NCBI GenBank assembly: GCA_051439425.1
Contig: JBFRWD010000102.1
Location: 5,603 to 69,602 of the forward strand
DNA from: Synechococcus sp.
GTDB lineage: Bacteria; Cyanobacteriota; Cyanobacteriia; Thermostichales; PCC-7336
Direction of reading: 5' to 3'
DNA: 64,000 nucleotides
Shown here: one piece after another, positions 41,496 through 51,760 of the stretch
Layout: every line of letters begins with the position of its first letter
How positions within the stretch are numbered: the first letter of the stretch is position 1
Notes under the pieces: generated by a model
Told to the model about the DNA's origin: nothing
The model's database searches: none
What the model saw: the letters and a program-made list of their open reading frames with translations, nothing else
Position numbers and translations under genes: made by a program

Positions 41496-43067
41496 GTGGG
41501 AAATGGTACAACCATGGCACAACACTCCAAACCGCTTGATTGGCTGAAATTCTTAGCAGCTAGCCCTCTCACTCGCGATTGCACAATCAATCCACACGAT
41601 CCCAATCCTGACCCCAGACGCCGTATTCGACTGTATTCTCTGACGGGTCTGATGTCGGCGATCGGTGGCTTAGCAATCTCTTGCATTGCTCTACCCGCAC
41701 ATGCAAACACCGAACGGGTCTACATTGTCGAGGTACTGTCCAACTCTGAAGAGGTTTTGGAGGTCGTACGTACCGAGGTCTCTGACGCCTATATCGTGAC
41801 TAAGGAAGACGGGACGCAGTCGATTATTGCCGGCACCTTTTTAGATGAGGCGAATGCCCGTCGCCAAGCGACCGAATTGCACGCCCTGAATGTTTCCCCT
41901 ACCTCCATCAGCCCGTTTGAATACACCCCCGAAGATGAGTCCAATCTGGCTGACGCGTCTAACACCACAGACAATCCTGACGGAGCGTCAGCAGCTAATT
42001 CGCAACAACCCGATGAGCCTGCCACGACTGAGTTCGCAGCATCTAGCGCTCCAATGCCTAGCGATTCAGCATCTAACTCGGCGCTCGTCAGGCCATCAAC
42101 CGAGACTGCCACCTCCGACCCCAAAGCACCATCTCAGCAAGCACCACAGTCTGTAGCTGCAGCACCTCAAGTCAACCAGCTAGCTACTCCAGGCGGCGGT
42201 AGCAGTAGTACCCCCATCAATTCCGATCGCCAGTACTCCACTCTGGTTCCTGTCCCCAGTGGCACCGAACCTACAGCCACGTTGGTACAAGTCCAGCATT
42301 TTTTCCCAGAGGCATCGCTACAAACTTACAACCAGGGGCAAGCGGTTCAAACCGGGACGTTTTCTCATCGCTCCCAAGCACAACTGCAAGCAGAGTGGTT
42401 GGCAACAAAAGGTCTGCACGCAATCTCCGTGCCCACAGACCCTCTCAGTTCCAGAAATTCTGCAGCCACCCCCCCTCCTCCTGTCAGTAGCCCTACCACT
42501 TCATCACCCACCAGCACTACTGCCACCAATCCGGTCAACCAACCCGAAATCGCTGCCAGCACCGGTACCGCCCCCTCTACCTCCTCCCCTCCTACCGCAC
42601 CCCCAGTCACACCGCCAACCGGTGCGCTGACATCCGTAGCCCCTGCGCCTGCTAACCCTCAGGTGTCGGCCCCGCCAACTAACGGAGCTGCAACGAATCA
42701 TCCTGCCCAAATGAATAGTCCATCGGCTGACATTCCCGCAGCCAATACCGCCCTGCAACCCGGGCAACCAGCAGAAACACCATCAACAGACGCAACACCG
42801 GCAGCTACAGGGACATCAGCGATTGCTGCCGCCCCCCCCGTAGCCTCATCAGCCTATTGGGTTCTGGTTGCCGATCCAATGGGAGAACAGCTCAACGCCA
42901 TTCAGGCGATTGTCCCGACTGCAGAAGCAGCAGTGTACAACCAGCAACAGGTGGTAAGAACGGGAGAATTCGCCACTGAGCAAGACGCCTTAGATCAAGT
43001 GCGATACCTATCCACACAGGGATACGAGGCCGGTATCTTCACGGCAGACGATCCTGCCGTGAATTAG
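41496..43067 (+). CDS. Exported protein with three SPOR-like modules and Pro/Ser/Thr/Ala-rich linkers
   Basis: Signal peptide ..LPAHA; repeated AGTFLDEANARRQA, TGTFSHRSQAQLQA, TGEFATEQDALDQV; real start probably downstream of 41496. Confidence 0.65.
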   Translation: MGNGTTMAQHSKPLDWLKFLAASPLTRDCTINPHDPNPDPRRRIRLYSLTGLMSAIGGLAISCIALPAHANTERVYIVEVLSNSEEVLEVVRTEVSDAYIVTKEDGTQSIIAGTFLDEANARRQATELHALNVSPTSISPFEYTPEDESNLADASNTTDNPDGASAANSQQPDEPATTEFAASSAPMPSDSASNSALVRPSTETATSDPKAPSQQAPQSVAAAPQVNQLATPGGGSSSTPINSDRQYSTLVPVPSGTEPTATLVQVQHFFPEASLQTYNQGQAVQTGTFSHRSQAQLQAEWLATKGLHAISVPTDPLSSRNSAATPPPPVSSPTTSSPTSTTATNPVNQPEIAASTGTAPSTSSPPTAPPVTPPTGALTSVAPAPANPQVSAPPTNGAATNHPAQMNSPSADIPAANTALQPGQPAETPSTDATPAATGTSAIAAAPPVASSAYWVLVADPMGEQLNAIQAIVPTAEAAVYNQQQVVRTGEFATEQDALDQVRYLSTQGYEAGIFTADDPAVN

Positions 43068-43232
43068 TAGCCTGTCAGGCTTCCAATGGGGATCATCACA
43101 CTACGAATGCATTGCTGACAGCCTCAGAAAGAGCAACTATGCATCACTCCCACGCTGGCGGAACTCCCACACTAACAGCACACTAATGCCACATGGAAAA
43201 TGGGGATGGCTCAGACGCTCTGCCCTACATCA

Positions 43233-45668
43233 TCAAGATGGGTTAAGGGGTGGAGAGTCTCCAAGTGACGCGGGGCTGCCCACTTTCACCCATGGCAATA
43301 CGAAAGTCGGGGCGTCCCCTTTGCAGGGCTTTTCCAAAGCACATTCCAGCACTTCGTCCAATTGCTCGACGGGTCTGAGATCGAGGTTACGTTTCACTTC
43401 ATCAGGGATGGACTGCAAGTCTTTTAAGTTCGCTTTTGGGAACAGCACTGTCTTGATTCCCACCTGATTGGCAGCTAGTGACTTTTCCTTCAGTCCACCG
43501 ATGGGAAGCACGCGGCCGCGCAGAGTGATTTCTCCCGTCATAGCCACATTGTGATTGACCGAGCGCCCCGATAGAGCGGAAACCATTGCCGTTGCCATAG
43601 CAATGCCAGCAGATGGCCCGTCTTTGGGAGTCGCTCCCTCGGGAATATGAATGTGGACGTCCACTTGGTCGGGGAAACCATCGGTGACGTGCAACTCGTC
43701 AGCATGGGCGCGGATGAAACTGAAGGCCGCTTGAGCGGACTCCTTCATGACATCCCCCAATTGACCGGTGAGCTGCAGTTTTCCCTTACCAGGCATGACA
43801 TTCACTTCAATTGGCAACGTGCAGCCTCCATAGGGAGTCCAGGCCAATCCCGTACAGATTCCCACCTGGTTCTTTTGACGATCTTTCACATCCGGTAGGT
43901 ACTTGGGAGTACCGAGGTAGGACTCCAGATTTTGCGGAGTAATCCGTCGCTTTTGCTTTTGGGTAGACGATAGAGATTTGCGAGCTACCTTGCGACACAG
44001 TGCCCCCACAGTCCGCTCTAGATTGCGCACACCTGCTTCTCTCGTGTATTCCCGAATTAGCCGCTGCAAGGCTGCTTTTTGCAACTCAAGGGCATCCGGC
44101 TCCAGGCCGTGCTTGGAGATTTGCTTGGGAATCAGGTGCTGACGAGAAATCGCCACTTTCTCCGCTTCGGTATATCCGCCCAACCGAATTACATCCATGC
44201 GATCGAGCAACGGAGCAGGAATAGTATCGTCAGTGTTCGCCGTGCAGATAAAGAAGACTTGCGAGAGATCGAAGGGAATTTCGACGAAGTGATCGCTGAA
44301 TGTCGCGTTCTGTTCTGGATCGAGCACCTCAAGCAGTGCCGCCGCCGGATCTCCCTGAAATGAAGCGCCCAATTTATCAATCTCGTCCAGCAACATGACT
44401 GGATTGCGGGTGCCAACATCCCTCAATGCTTGCAATATACGGCCGGGCATGGAACCGATGTAGGTGCGACGGTGACCGCGAATAGCCGATTCGTCATGTA
44501 CCCCACCCAAGCTGACCCGCACCAATTTACGTTCGAGACTGTTAGCGATAGAACGGGCCAGACTGGTTTTTCCTACCCCTGGAGGACCGACCAAACAGAG
44601 AATAGCCGGACTTCCGCCGTGGGAGTTTTTCTGACTGGCTAGTAATTGACGAACAGCCAGAAATTCCAAAATTCGTTCTTTGACTTTGTCCTGACCATAG
44701 TGGTCGCGATCGAGCACTTGTTCGGCGATCGCCAAATCCAACGTCTCGGCTTCCATCACCTGCCAGGGCAAGGATGACAACCACTCCAAGTAATTTTGAA
44801 TCGCTCCAGCCTCTGCTGTTGTCGGCGGCAACTGCTCCAATCGTGTCAACTCGCGATTCACTCTCGACCAAGAGGATTCGGGAATGCCAACGTCCTCCAA
44901 TTTTCCGCGTAAGGTGTTAACTTCTTCGACATCCTCACCCAGCTCGGCCTGGATCGTTTTCAGCTGTTCGCGCAGGTAATACTCTTTCTGGTTGGCCTCA
45001 ATCCGCTCTCTCACACGCGCATGAATATCCTGCTCGATTTCCATCAGGCCCATCTGCACGTGCAGTAACTGGCTCACCTGCATCAGCAGATCGAAGATAT
45101 GCGTTTCCGACAGCAACTCTTGCTTTTGAGCCAGCTCGATCGGCAAAAACGATGCAATCAGATCGGCAAGATGAATGGGATCGTCGATATCCTGAACCGA
45201 TTCGTAAGCAGCATTGGGGAGCTTGGGATGAGCACTGACGTACTTAGCGAATTCATCTCGCAGCATGCGCTGCAAAACATCCAGACTCTCCTTTTGTTTG
45301 GCAGATTTGGCGCTGAGATCGATGTCTATAGGGGTAATGAGGGCTTGAAACCCTGGCTGGCGACGACGAAAGCGGTTGATCTGGATGCGCGTTTGCCCTT
45401 CCACCAAAATCTTGATGGATTCATCTGGTAGGCGCATCACCTGATGGATTTTTGCCAGGGTTCCGATACGAAACAGTTGCTTAGCAACCGGATCGTCAAT
45501 ATCGCCGTCTTTTTGGGCTAGCAGGATAATCTGCTGGTCTTCTGTTTCTAATGCTTCTTCCAGAGCTGCTAGCGATCGCTCGCGACCAATCAGCAAAGGC
45601 ACAACCAGCCGAGGGAAAACCACTGTGTCACGCAATGGAATTAAGGGGAGCAACACAGGAGTAGTCAC
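43233..45668 (-). CDS. lon: ATP-dependent Lon protease (LonA, full length)
   Basis: 811 aa; N-domain LPLIPLRDTVVFP, Walker A GPPGVGKT, LLDEIDK, catalytic PKDGPSAG and GGLKEK. Confidence 0.97.
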   Translation of the reverse strand: MTTPVLLPLIPLRDTVVFPRLVVPLLIGRERSLAALEEALETEDQQIILLAQKDGDIDDPVAKQLFRIGTLAKIHQVMRLPDESIKILVEGQTRIQINRFRRRQPGFQALITPIDIDLSAKSAKQKESLDVLQRMLRDEFAKYVSAHPKLPNAAYESVQDIDDPIHLADLIASFLPIELAQKQELLSETHIFDLLMQVSQLLHVQMGLMEIEQDIHARVRERIEANQKEYYLREQLKTIQAELGEDVEEVNTLRGKLEDVGIPESSWSRVNRELTRLEQLPPTTAEAGAIQNYLEWLSSLPWQVMEAETLDLAIAEQVLDRDHYGQDKVKERILEFLAVRQLLASQKNSHGGSPAILCLVGPPGVGKTSLARSIANSLERKLVRVSLGGVHDESAIRGHRRTYIGSMPGRILQALRDVGTRNPVMLLDEIDKLGASFQGDPAAALLEVLDPEQNATFSDHFVEIPFDLSQVFFICTANTDDTIPAPLLDRMDVIRLGGYTEAEKVAISRQHLIPKQISKHGLEPDALELQKAALQRLIREYTREAGVRNLERTVGALCRKVARKSLSSTQKQKRRITPQNLESYLGTPKYLPDVKDRQKNQVGICTGLAWTPYGGCTLPIEVNVMPGKGKLQLTGQLGDVMKESAQAAFSFIRAHADELHVTDGFPDQVDVHIHIPEGATPKDGPSAGIAMATAMVSALSGRSVNHNVAMTGEITLRGRVLPIGGLKEKSLAANQVGIKTVLFPKANLKDLQSIPDEVKRNLDLRPVEQLDEVLECALEKPCKGDAPTFVLPWVKVGSPASLGDSPPLNPS

Positions 45669-45838
45669 GATCAGACTCTGAATTCTTAATAATATTTTAG
45701 CTTTTTAGCCGTCGTAAAATTAATTTTTTATGCTGACATAGAAGGCGTTTTGTAAACATTCCCAGACATTCTTGAAGCGTTGAATGGTGTCGCTAAACGG
45801 GACCACGCTAGTGCAATCCAATCGGTGGTACTCCGCAG

Positions 45839-46840
45839 CTACGTCAACTCCGCAAAAGCCGCAGCAGTCTCCACCCTCTTATCCACTTCAGCCAGAGCCC
45901 TCAGCACAATTTCAATGCCTCCGCCCAACTTCAGCCCTTCGGTAATCTCCCGCTTCCAGGCACGCGTCCCTGGCTGTCCTGCAAACAACTGCAACATGTG
46001 ACGCGTTATCGAATTGAGCTTTGTCCCCTTGCTCAGCCACTCCTCGATGTAGGGCAACATTCCCTGCACAACATCTCTACGGCTGGGGATAGATGTTGAT
46101 TCCTCATACAAATCGCGATCCACGGTCGCAAATAGATAAGGTGTATCGTAGGCAGCCCGGCCAATCATGACTGCATCCACTGACTGCAGGTGATACTCCA
46201 CCTCTGCTAATGTCTTGACTCCCCCATTGACCTCGATAAGCAAATGAGGGAATTCTTGCTTAAGACGATAAACATCCTCATATCGCAGTGGCGGAACTGT
46301 GCGGTTTTCCTTCGGACTTAAACCCTGTAACCAAGCTTTTCTCGCATGAACCGTAAATCTGGTGCACCCTGCATCCGCAACAACTCGCACAAACTCTCGC
46401 ATATCTTCGTAGCGGTCGCGGTCGTCTATCCCAATCCGATGTTTGACGGTGACAGGAATAGAAACCGCAGTTCGCATTGCCTCTACACAACGCGCCACCA
46501 GATCGGGTGCCCCCATCAAACAGGCCCCGAAATTCCCGCTCTGCACCCGATCGCTCGGACAACCAACATTCAAGTTAACTTCGTCATATCCCCAATCTGA
46601 AGCAATACGGGCGCATTCGGCCAACTCCGTAGGGTTATCTCCACCCAACTGCAAAGAAATAGGATGCTCGATCGGAGAAAAATCTAGTAAACGACTGCGA
46701 TCGCCTTTCAAAATCGCCTTGGTTACTACCATTTCGGTGTACAGTAACGGCCGCCTAGCCAATTGCCGCATGAAATAGCGGTAGTGGCGATCGGTACGAT
46801 CCATCATAGGAGCTAGGCTTAGGATATTTCCTGAAAGCAT
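45839..46840 (-). CDS. dusA: tRNA-dihydrouridine synthase A
   Basis: APMMDRTDRH, QLGG, NLNVGCPSDRVQSGNFGACLM, VKHRIG, VHARKAWLQGLSPKENR, MIGRAAY. Confidence 0.96.
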   Translation of the reverse strand: MLSGNILSLAPMMDRTDRHYRYFMRQLARRPLLYTEMVVTKAILKGDRSRLLDFSPIEHPISLQLGGDNPTELAECARIASDWGYDEVNLNVGCPSDRVQSGNFGACLMGAPDLVARCVEAMRTAVSIPVTVKHRIGIDDRDRYEDMREFVRVVADAGCTRFTVHARKAWLQGLSPKENRTVPPLRYEDVYRLKQEFPHLLIEVNGGVKTLAEVEYHLQSVDAVMIGRAAYDTPYLFATVDRDLYEESTSIPSRRDVVQGMLPYIEEWLSKGTKLNSITRHMLQLFAGQPGTRAWKREITEGLKLGGGIEIVLRALAEVDKRVETAAAFAELT

Positions 46841-47142
46841 GAATAGCTTGGTAAAGTTGAAGTCAATCTAAATCAAAAGGCACATAAAACAGGCCATTTT
46901 ACATGATATCTTATATACCCAGAAAAGCAGTACAGTAAATCGTTTTACATTAAAAGAATGATGAACTCTCAATTCTTATAAAATTATGCCGGAAAATAAT
47001 GGGATAGAAGTTGCGCAAATCATAAGTGAGAAATGTTAGCATAAGCAATTATAGGAATAGAATTTTTAATGGGTTTACATAGATACTTTTTATCAATGGT
47101 ATCTGAGCTTCTGGTTGTATTTCAAAAGAGATAAGGGTCTGT

Positions 47143-47276
47143 CAGGGCTGTTTCATTCTAGTTATTGACATTCTATGCATTTACGAGAATAAGCTGTTTC
47201 AGCTATCCAGCAAGCTATTTGAAGATGCGCCATGGCTCCAAGACTCGTTGCTCAAATCTAGAATGAAATGCCCCTG
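47143..47276. mobile_element. 134-bp MITE-like element with CAGGG ends (ISAs1-like termini)
   Basis: TIRs CAGGGCTGTTTCATTCTAG / CTAGAATGAAATGCCCCTG (16/19); flanks AAGGGTCTGT / AAGGGTTTTT (8/10), a degenerate 10-bp TSD. Confidence 0.72.
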
Positions 47277-47832
47277 AAGGGTTTTTCATGATAGGTATTG
47301 TGTAAATAATTAGATCATTAGTCATTATAGGAAACAAATGTTCAGAAACAATATATAGCCCATAATGGTCATCATATGTTAGTTTAAAAAGGCATGAATG
47401 TGCCATCCTTAAATAAGGAACAGTAGATATAACTGAAGACTAGAAGTGGAAAGAATCTAGTGCCAAAGGAATCATTGAAGAGCATTAAGAGAAAGAATGT
47501 TCTAATCAAAACAAATTATCGTCATTTATATTTTAGCTAAATAGCTTAAGCGTAACTGGACGAGCAATATTCAATCTCCAGTTTAGAAGTTTCAGGTATC
47601 TAGAAATAATGCCCTCAACTAAAAAGTGGGTTGATGAAAGAATCAAACATATCATTGGGCTCAACATTAGAATGGGTTTGCTGAAAACAATAAAAAGGGT
47701 AGTAATTATTATTACAGAGCTTATGGACATAATATAGCACTAGCAATCAAAGCTTACTTCAGAGAAGGCAAATCGAGGCACCATTTGTATGAATGAGTTT
47801 TCGTAGATCAACACTCTCAATAATCAGCAATA

Positions 47833-49003
47833 GGGTGCATCCCAGTTTTGAAAAGAGCATAGAGGTTGCAGGCGAGTAGAGAGGTTAAGGTGCAAGAGCA
47901 AGTCCTCGCCGAGCCATCATGGATGCAGAGAAACTAGCGAAAGTGCAAGCACACACAACAGCAATAGCAGCCTTGCTGTACGAAGAAACAGACCCCGAAC
48001 AAGTGAAGACGCTGGAAGGAATAGAACAGGCCATCCGAGGTCATTTATTGGAAACCGTTGGCCCTCAGATGGCAGATTTTTTATCCAAACGAGCAGTGGT
48101 GCAAGCTCGGGACGCCAACGGCGAATTCAAAGCATCATCGGAGCCATAAAAATCAGCGAAAGGCAGGCTGAACAGTTGCGAGTAAAGAAGCACACCCGAT
48201 GGAGTCCCTACGTGGAGAGATGCTGTCTGCTGGTAAGTGCGAATGTGTCTGACGAGCGGGCTTCGGAGGATATCCAGATGTTGACCGGTATTGCTGTCTC
48301 CAGGGGAACTCAACAGCGACTGGTGCACCGTCAGAGTTTTGAGGAGCCGGTAGGGACAGCCATCGTAGAAGAGATGAGTCTGGATGGAGGTAAGGTGCGT
48401 CTACGAACGCCGAAAGGTCAAGCGTGCCAATGGCGTGACTACAAAGCCGTCAATCTCCATGAACAGAGAATTGCAGCTCGATTTCAAGACAATGGTGGAT
48501 TAATCCATTGGGTCAATCAACACCGATTGGGGCAGCCGTTGGTTTGCTTGGGAGATGGCCATGATGGCATCTGGAATCTGTTTGCCAACATCGGTAGTGA
48601 TGAACAGCGCTGTGAAGTGTTGGATTGGTACCACTTGATGGAAAACCTGGGTAGGGTCGGTGGCTCGCCACAACGACTCCACCGGGTGGAGACTCTGCTG
48701 TGGCAAGGGAATGTTGATGGGGTGATTGACCAATTTCGAGATTGGCAACACCAGCGGGTAGAACGCTTCATTGCCTATCTGAACAAGCATCGCCACCGCA
48801 TCGTCAACTACAGCTATTTCCAGGCGGAGGGGATTTCCATTGGCTCAGGCTCGATTGAGTCCGCCATCAAGCAGATTGGCCGGCGCATTAAGATTTCGGG
48901 CGCTCAGTGGAAGGCAGACAATGTCCCCCAAGTTCTCAAACATCGTTGTTTCTATCTCAATGGATGCTTCTCTGCCTGATAACTGCAAAACTGGGATGCA
49001 CCC
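47833..49003 (+). mobile_element. Complete ISKra4-family-like insertion sequence (1171 bp)
   Basis: Perfect 18-bp TIRs GGGTGCATCCCAGTTTTG / CAAAACTGGGATGCACCC; perfect 8-bp TSD CAGCAATA (47825-47832, 49004-49011). Confidence 0.93.
47919..48979 (+). CDS. DDE transposase in two frames joined by a -1 shift (about 353 aa)
   Basis: ORF 47919 joins the -1 frame at T TTT TTA (48077-48083); SLDGGKVRL, LGDGHDGIWN, IGSGSIES motifs. Confidence 0.88.
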
Positions 49004-49510
49004 CAGCAATATTAGCTATCGCTGGAGGTGAAGGATCTAATATCGAATCTTAATGAAAGCAAATAGATAAAATAGTAGTTCCAAACATCTTGCCTGTAGC
49101 CTAAGAACTATAAGAATATCTCAGTGTAAGAGTCGCGGAGCTTGTTGATATGCCACTAAATCCAATTAGCGTGAATATGTCTTGAACAGAGGTTCATCTA
49201 TATTGTGAGATTTCCACTCTAACAATATGCAATGCAAAGCCAGAAATATAAATATGACAGAGATAAGAATTGAGGAATATATCATTCTCATAGGAAAGGG
49301 GAAGGAAGAACTAAATTCGGTCGCCACCCTAGTTCACAGGTACTATGGCAATGCAAACTACAACTAGGGAAATCAAATAAACCGTTTTTAACAAATCGAA
49401 AGGATTTATCATGAGCACCATTCTTCGGGATCAACAGCTGAACTAAATCCTAGAGGAAGGCTTGCATCTAATAGAAAGAACAAATGGAATGAAACTCATA
49501 GGTAAGCATT

Positions 49511-50473
49511 GTGATAGGCTATTTAATGAAAAACGCACGATTTGATATAAAAATGAATGCCAAACACAATAAACTAATTAACACAGCAGGGGGACCTCTT
49601 CCAAATTTGCTAATCATTGGAGTTCAAAAAGCAGGCACAAGTTGGCTACACAGAAGACTAGCATCTCAAAGCAAAATCTTTATGTCCCGCAAAAAAGAAC
49701 TTCGTTATTTCACAGGGACTGAAGACGACTTTTCTCAATCTAGATTTGATGAATACTTAGCTAATTTTAGTGATTCAATTCCAAATGATATAGTGATCGG
49801 AGAGTCCACTCCAAGATATTTTCCAAATTGGAATTCAGAAAACGGACACACTGCAAAGCATAACATTCCACAACATATTCAAACAATATTAGGAGAGAAT
49901 GTCAAGTTAATATTAATATTAAGACATCCGGTATCAAGAGCAATTTCGGGTCTTTTTCATCACTTTAAGATGGGAAGAATTACAAATGGTGAGGGTATAT
50001 TTTCTGAAAACTCAGAATCATTCAAGTCACTTCAAAAAGGAATAGTTGATATAGGCTACTATCATAAGCACTTTGAAGCATGGGATAAAGTTTTTGGGGA
50101 AGATAAAATGCTCGTGTTATTTCATGATGATATTTCCAGTAACAGCAGCAAGATGTTACAGGATATATCCAGATTTTTAGACTTACCTATTGAGGTCGAT
50201 GATAACTTTTGGAATGTTATTCATAAATCAGGTGATTTCCGAATAGTCAATGGAGCTCTAACGTTTAAGAATCAATCAGAATGGACTAAGAAAAGAATTA
50301 CAAGTGCAAAGTTGAAAAGCGGATTGAAGGATATTATCCTACCTCAAGTATCAGAAACTGACGTAGATAGGTTAAATGATTTATATTTTGAAACAGTACA
50401 GTATGTTTTACAAAGATATCCAGATCGATGTAGATGGAATCAGAAGTATAAATTAACCGACTATCTATTATAA
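49511..50473 (+). CDS. PAPS-dependent sulfotransferase
   Basis: 5'-PSB motif IIGVQKAGTSWL and 3'-PB motif ILRHPVSRAIS. Confidence 0.88.
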   Translation: MIGYLMKNARFDIKMNAKHNKLINTAGGPLPNLLIIGVQKAGTSWLHRRLASQSKIFMSRKKELRYFTGTEDDFSQSRFDEYLANFSDSIPNDIVIGESTPRYFPNWNSENGHTAKHNIPQHIQTILGENVKLILILRHPVSRAISGLFHHFKMGRITNGEGIFSENSESFKSLQKGIVDIGYYHKHFEAWDKVFGEDKMLVLFHDDISSNSSKMLQDISRFLDLPIEVDDNFWNVIHKSGDFRIVNGALTFKNQSEWTKKRITSAKLKSGLKDIILPQVSETDVDRLNDLYFETVQYVLQRYPDRCRWNQKYKLTDYLL

Positions 50474-51555
50474 AATGCTCCCCCTTCATACCACTTATGA
50501 AGAATCATTTATGGACTTTCTATATGTGAAGGATATGGAAGACATCAGAGGGCGGTTGAAAGGTCAATGACATAGCTAACAAAGGTATTAATAATCTCAC
50601 CTTAAAATACATCGAGAGGGTAAAAAAGATGCTCAGGGTGGTAGTTAATAAATCGGAAAACAACGGAGAAATAGAAGCGAGACGTTTGTTTCAAAGCTAA
50701 TTAAAGTGTACAAACCAGTCATGGAATCTCAGCTCCATTCGCTAGAATCCTCCCAGCATCAATCGTCAGCGACAAGCTAATGGTAGTGATTTGGATTGCA
50801 TCAATAATGTGAGACTTTGGATGTTTAATACGAATATAAAGTTAAATCGCATTAGTCAGATTGAAGAGTGGCATCTGGATTATGTCAGCCACATAGAAAG
50901 TGGACCGCTAAGTAAAAAGTCCTCAAAGCTAACGAATGGAGATAAATGAAAAGAAAAGCCAGAGATACATTAGATATCAGCAGTAAATCAATCAATCTCT
51001 GTATTAAGCAAAGCGAAAAAAGGGTTAGTTTCTCAATAATTGCAGAGTCGAAGGAGAATGGTCAAAAACTAAGAACCAGCAGGCATTTCGAAAAGTAGGT
51101 AACGATTAGGAAACAGCCGCTGGAAAACCTTTGGGCAGGTATCTTTCAGTTACTGAAAGAAGGGGATAGCACGAGTATAAACGTACTCTTATAAAAAATT
51201 AAAACCAGTGATTGAATGAAGTATTCCTGGGTAATAAGAGTGCTTCTCTCAAGAAGTTTTAAAGAACAGTAGTATTTTTTAACGTCTTAGATAACAATAA
51301 ACTATTATTTAAAATAAATATACCATAAGAGATTGAAAAGCAATTATTTAAAACTAGTGTGATCTCCTTCATTTAACCAATTCGTGGTTTCTATATAATC
51401 GAACAAGTTGAGTTTATCTATGAATTTCTAATGGAATAGATTTGAAAAACGAATAACAACTAATCCACAGAATAGTTATTCGAGATAAGGCACAGTCAAA
51501 ATGTAGTATAATTATTAGAATGTGCTAGATCAATCTCGATAGATGTTGAATAATT

Positions 51556-51678
51556 GGATGCATCCCAGTTTTGCAGCGAGTATAAATACTTGCAACTTCA
51601 ATCCTTCTCATAGCAATGCTTTTGAGGGGGCTTGAAAAAATGCGAGGGGTGAGCTTTCTACATAATTGGGATGCGCCC
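51556..51678. mobile_element. 123-bp MITE with the same TIR family as the IS at 47833
   Basis: Ends GGATGCATCCCAGTTTTGCA / AATTGGGATGCGCCC; perfect 8-bp TSD GAATAATT (51548-51555, 51679-51686). Confidence 0.88.
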
Positions 51679-51760
51679 GAATAATTGAAGTATTTAATCA
51701 GATGTGTTGTAGTGACTTAAGTATTTATTAGCTAGAAAGCAATTACTGTATATAAAAAAG

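Noticed and set aside
47919-48979. Transposase as a frameshifted pseudogene
   Set aside because: Break lies at a slippery heptamer with a downstream hairpin, and the TIRs, TSD and DDE motifs are intact
51632-51666. Outward sigma70 promoter in the MITE (TTGAAA..CATAAT)
   Set aside because: Spacer is 23 nt, too long
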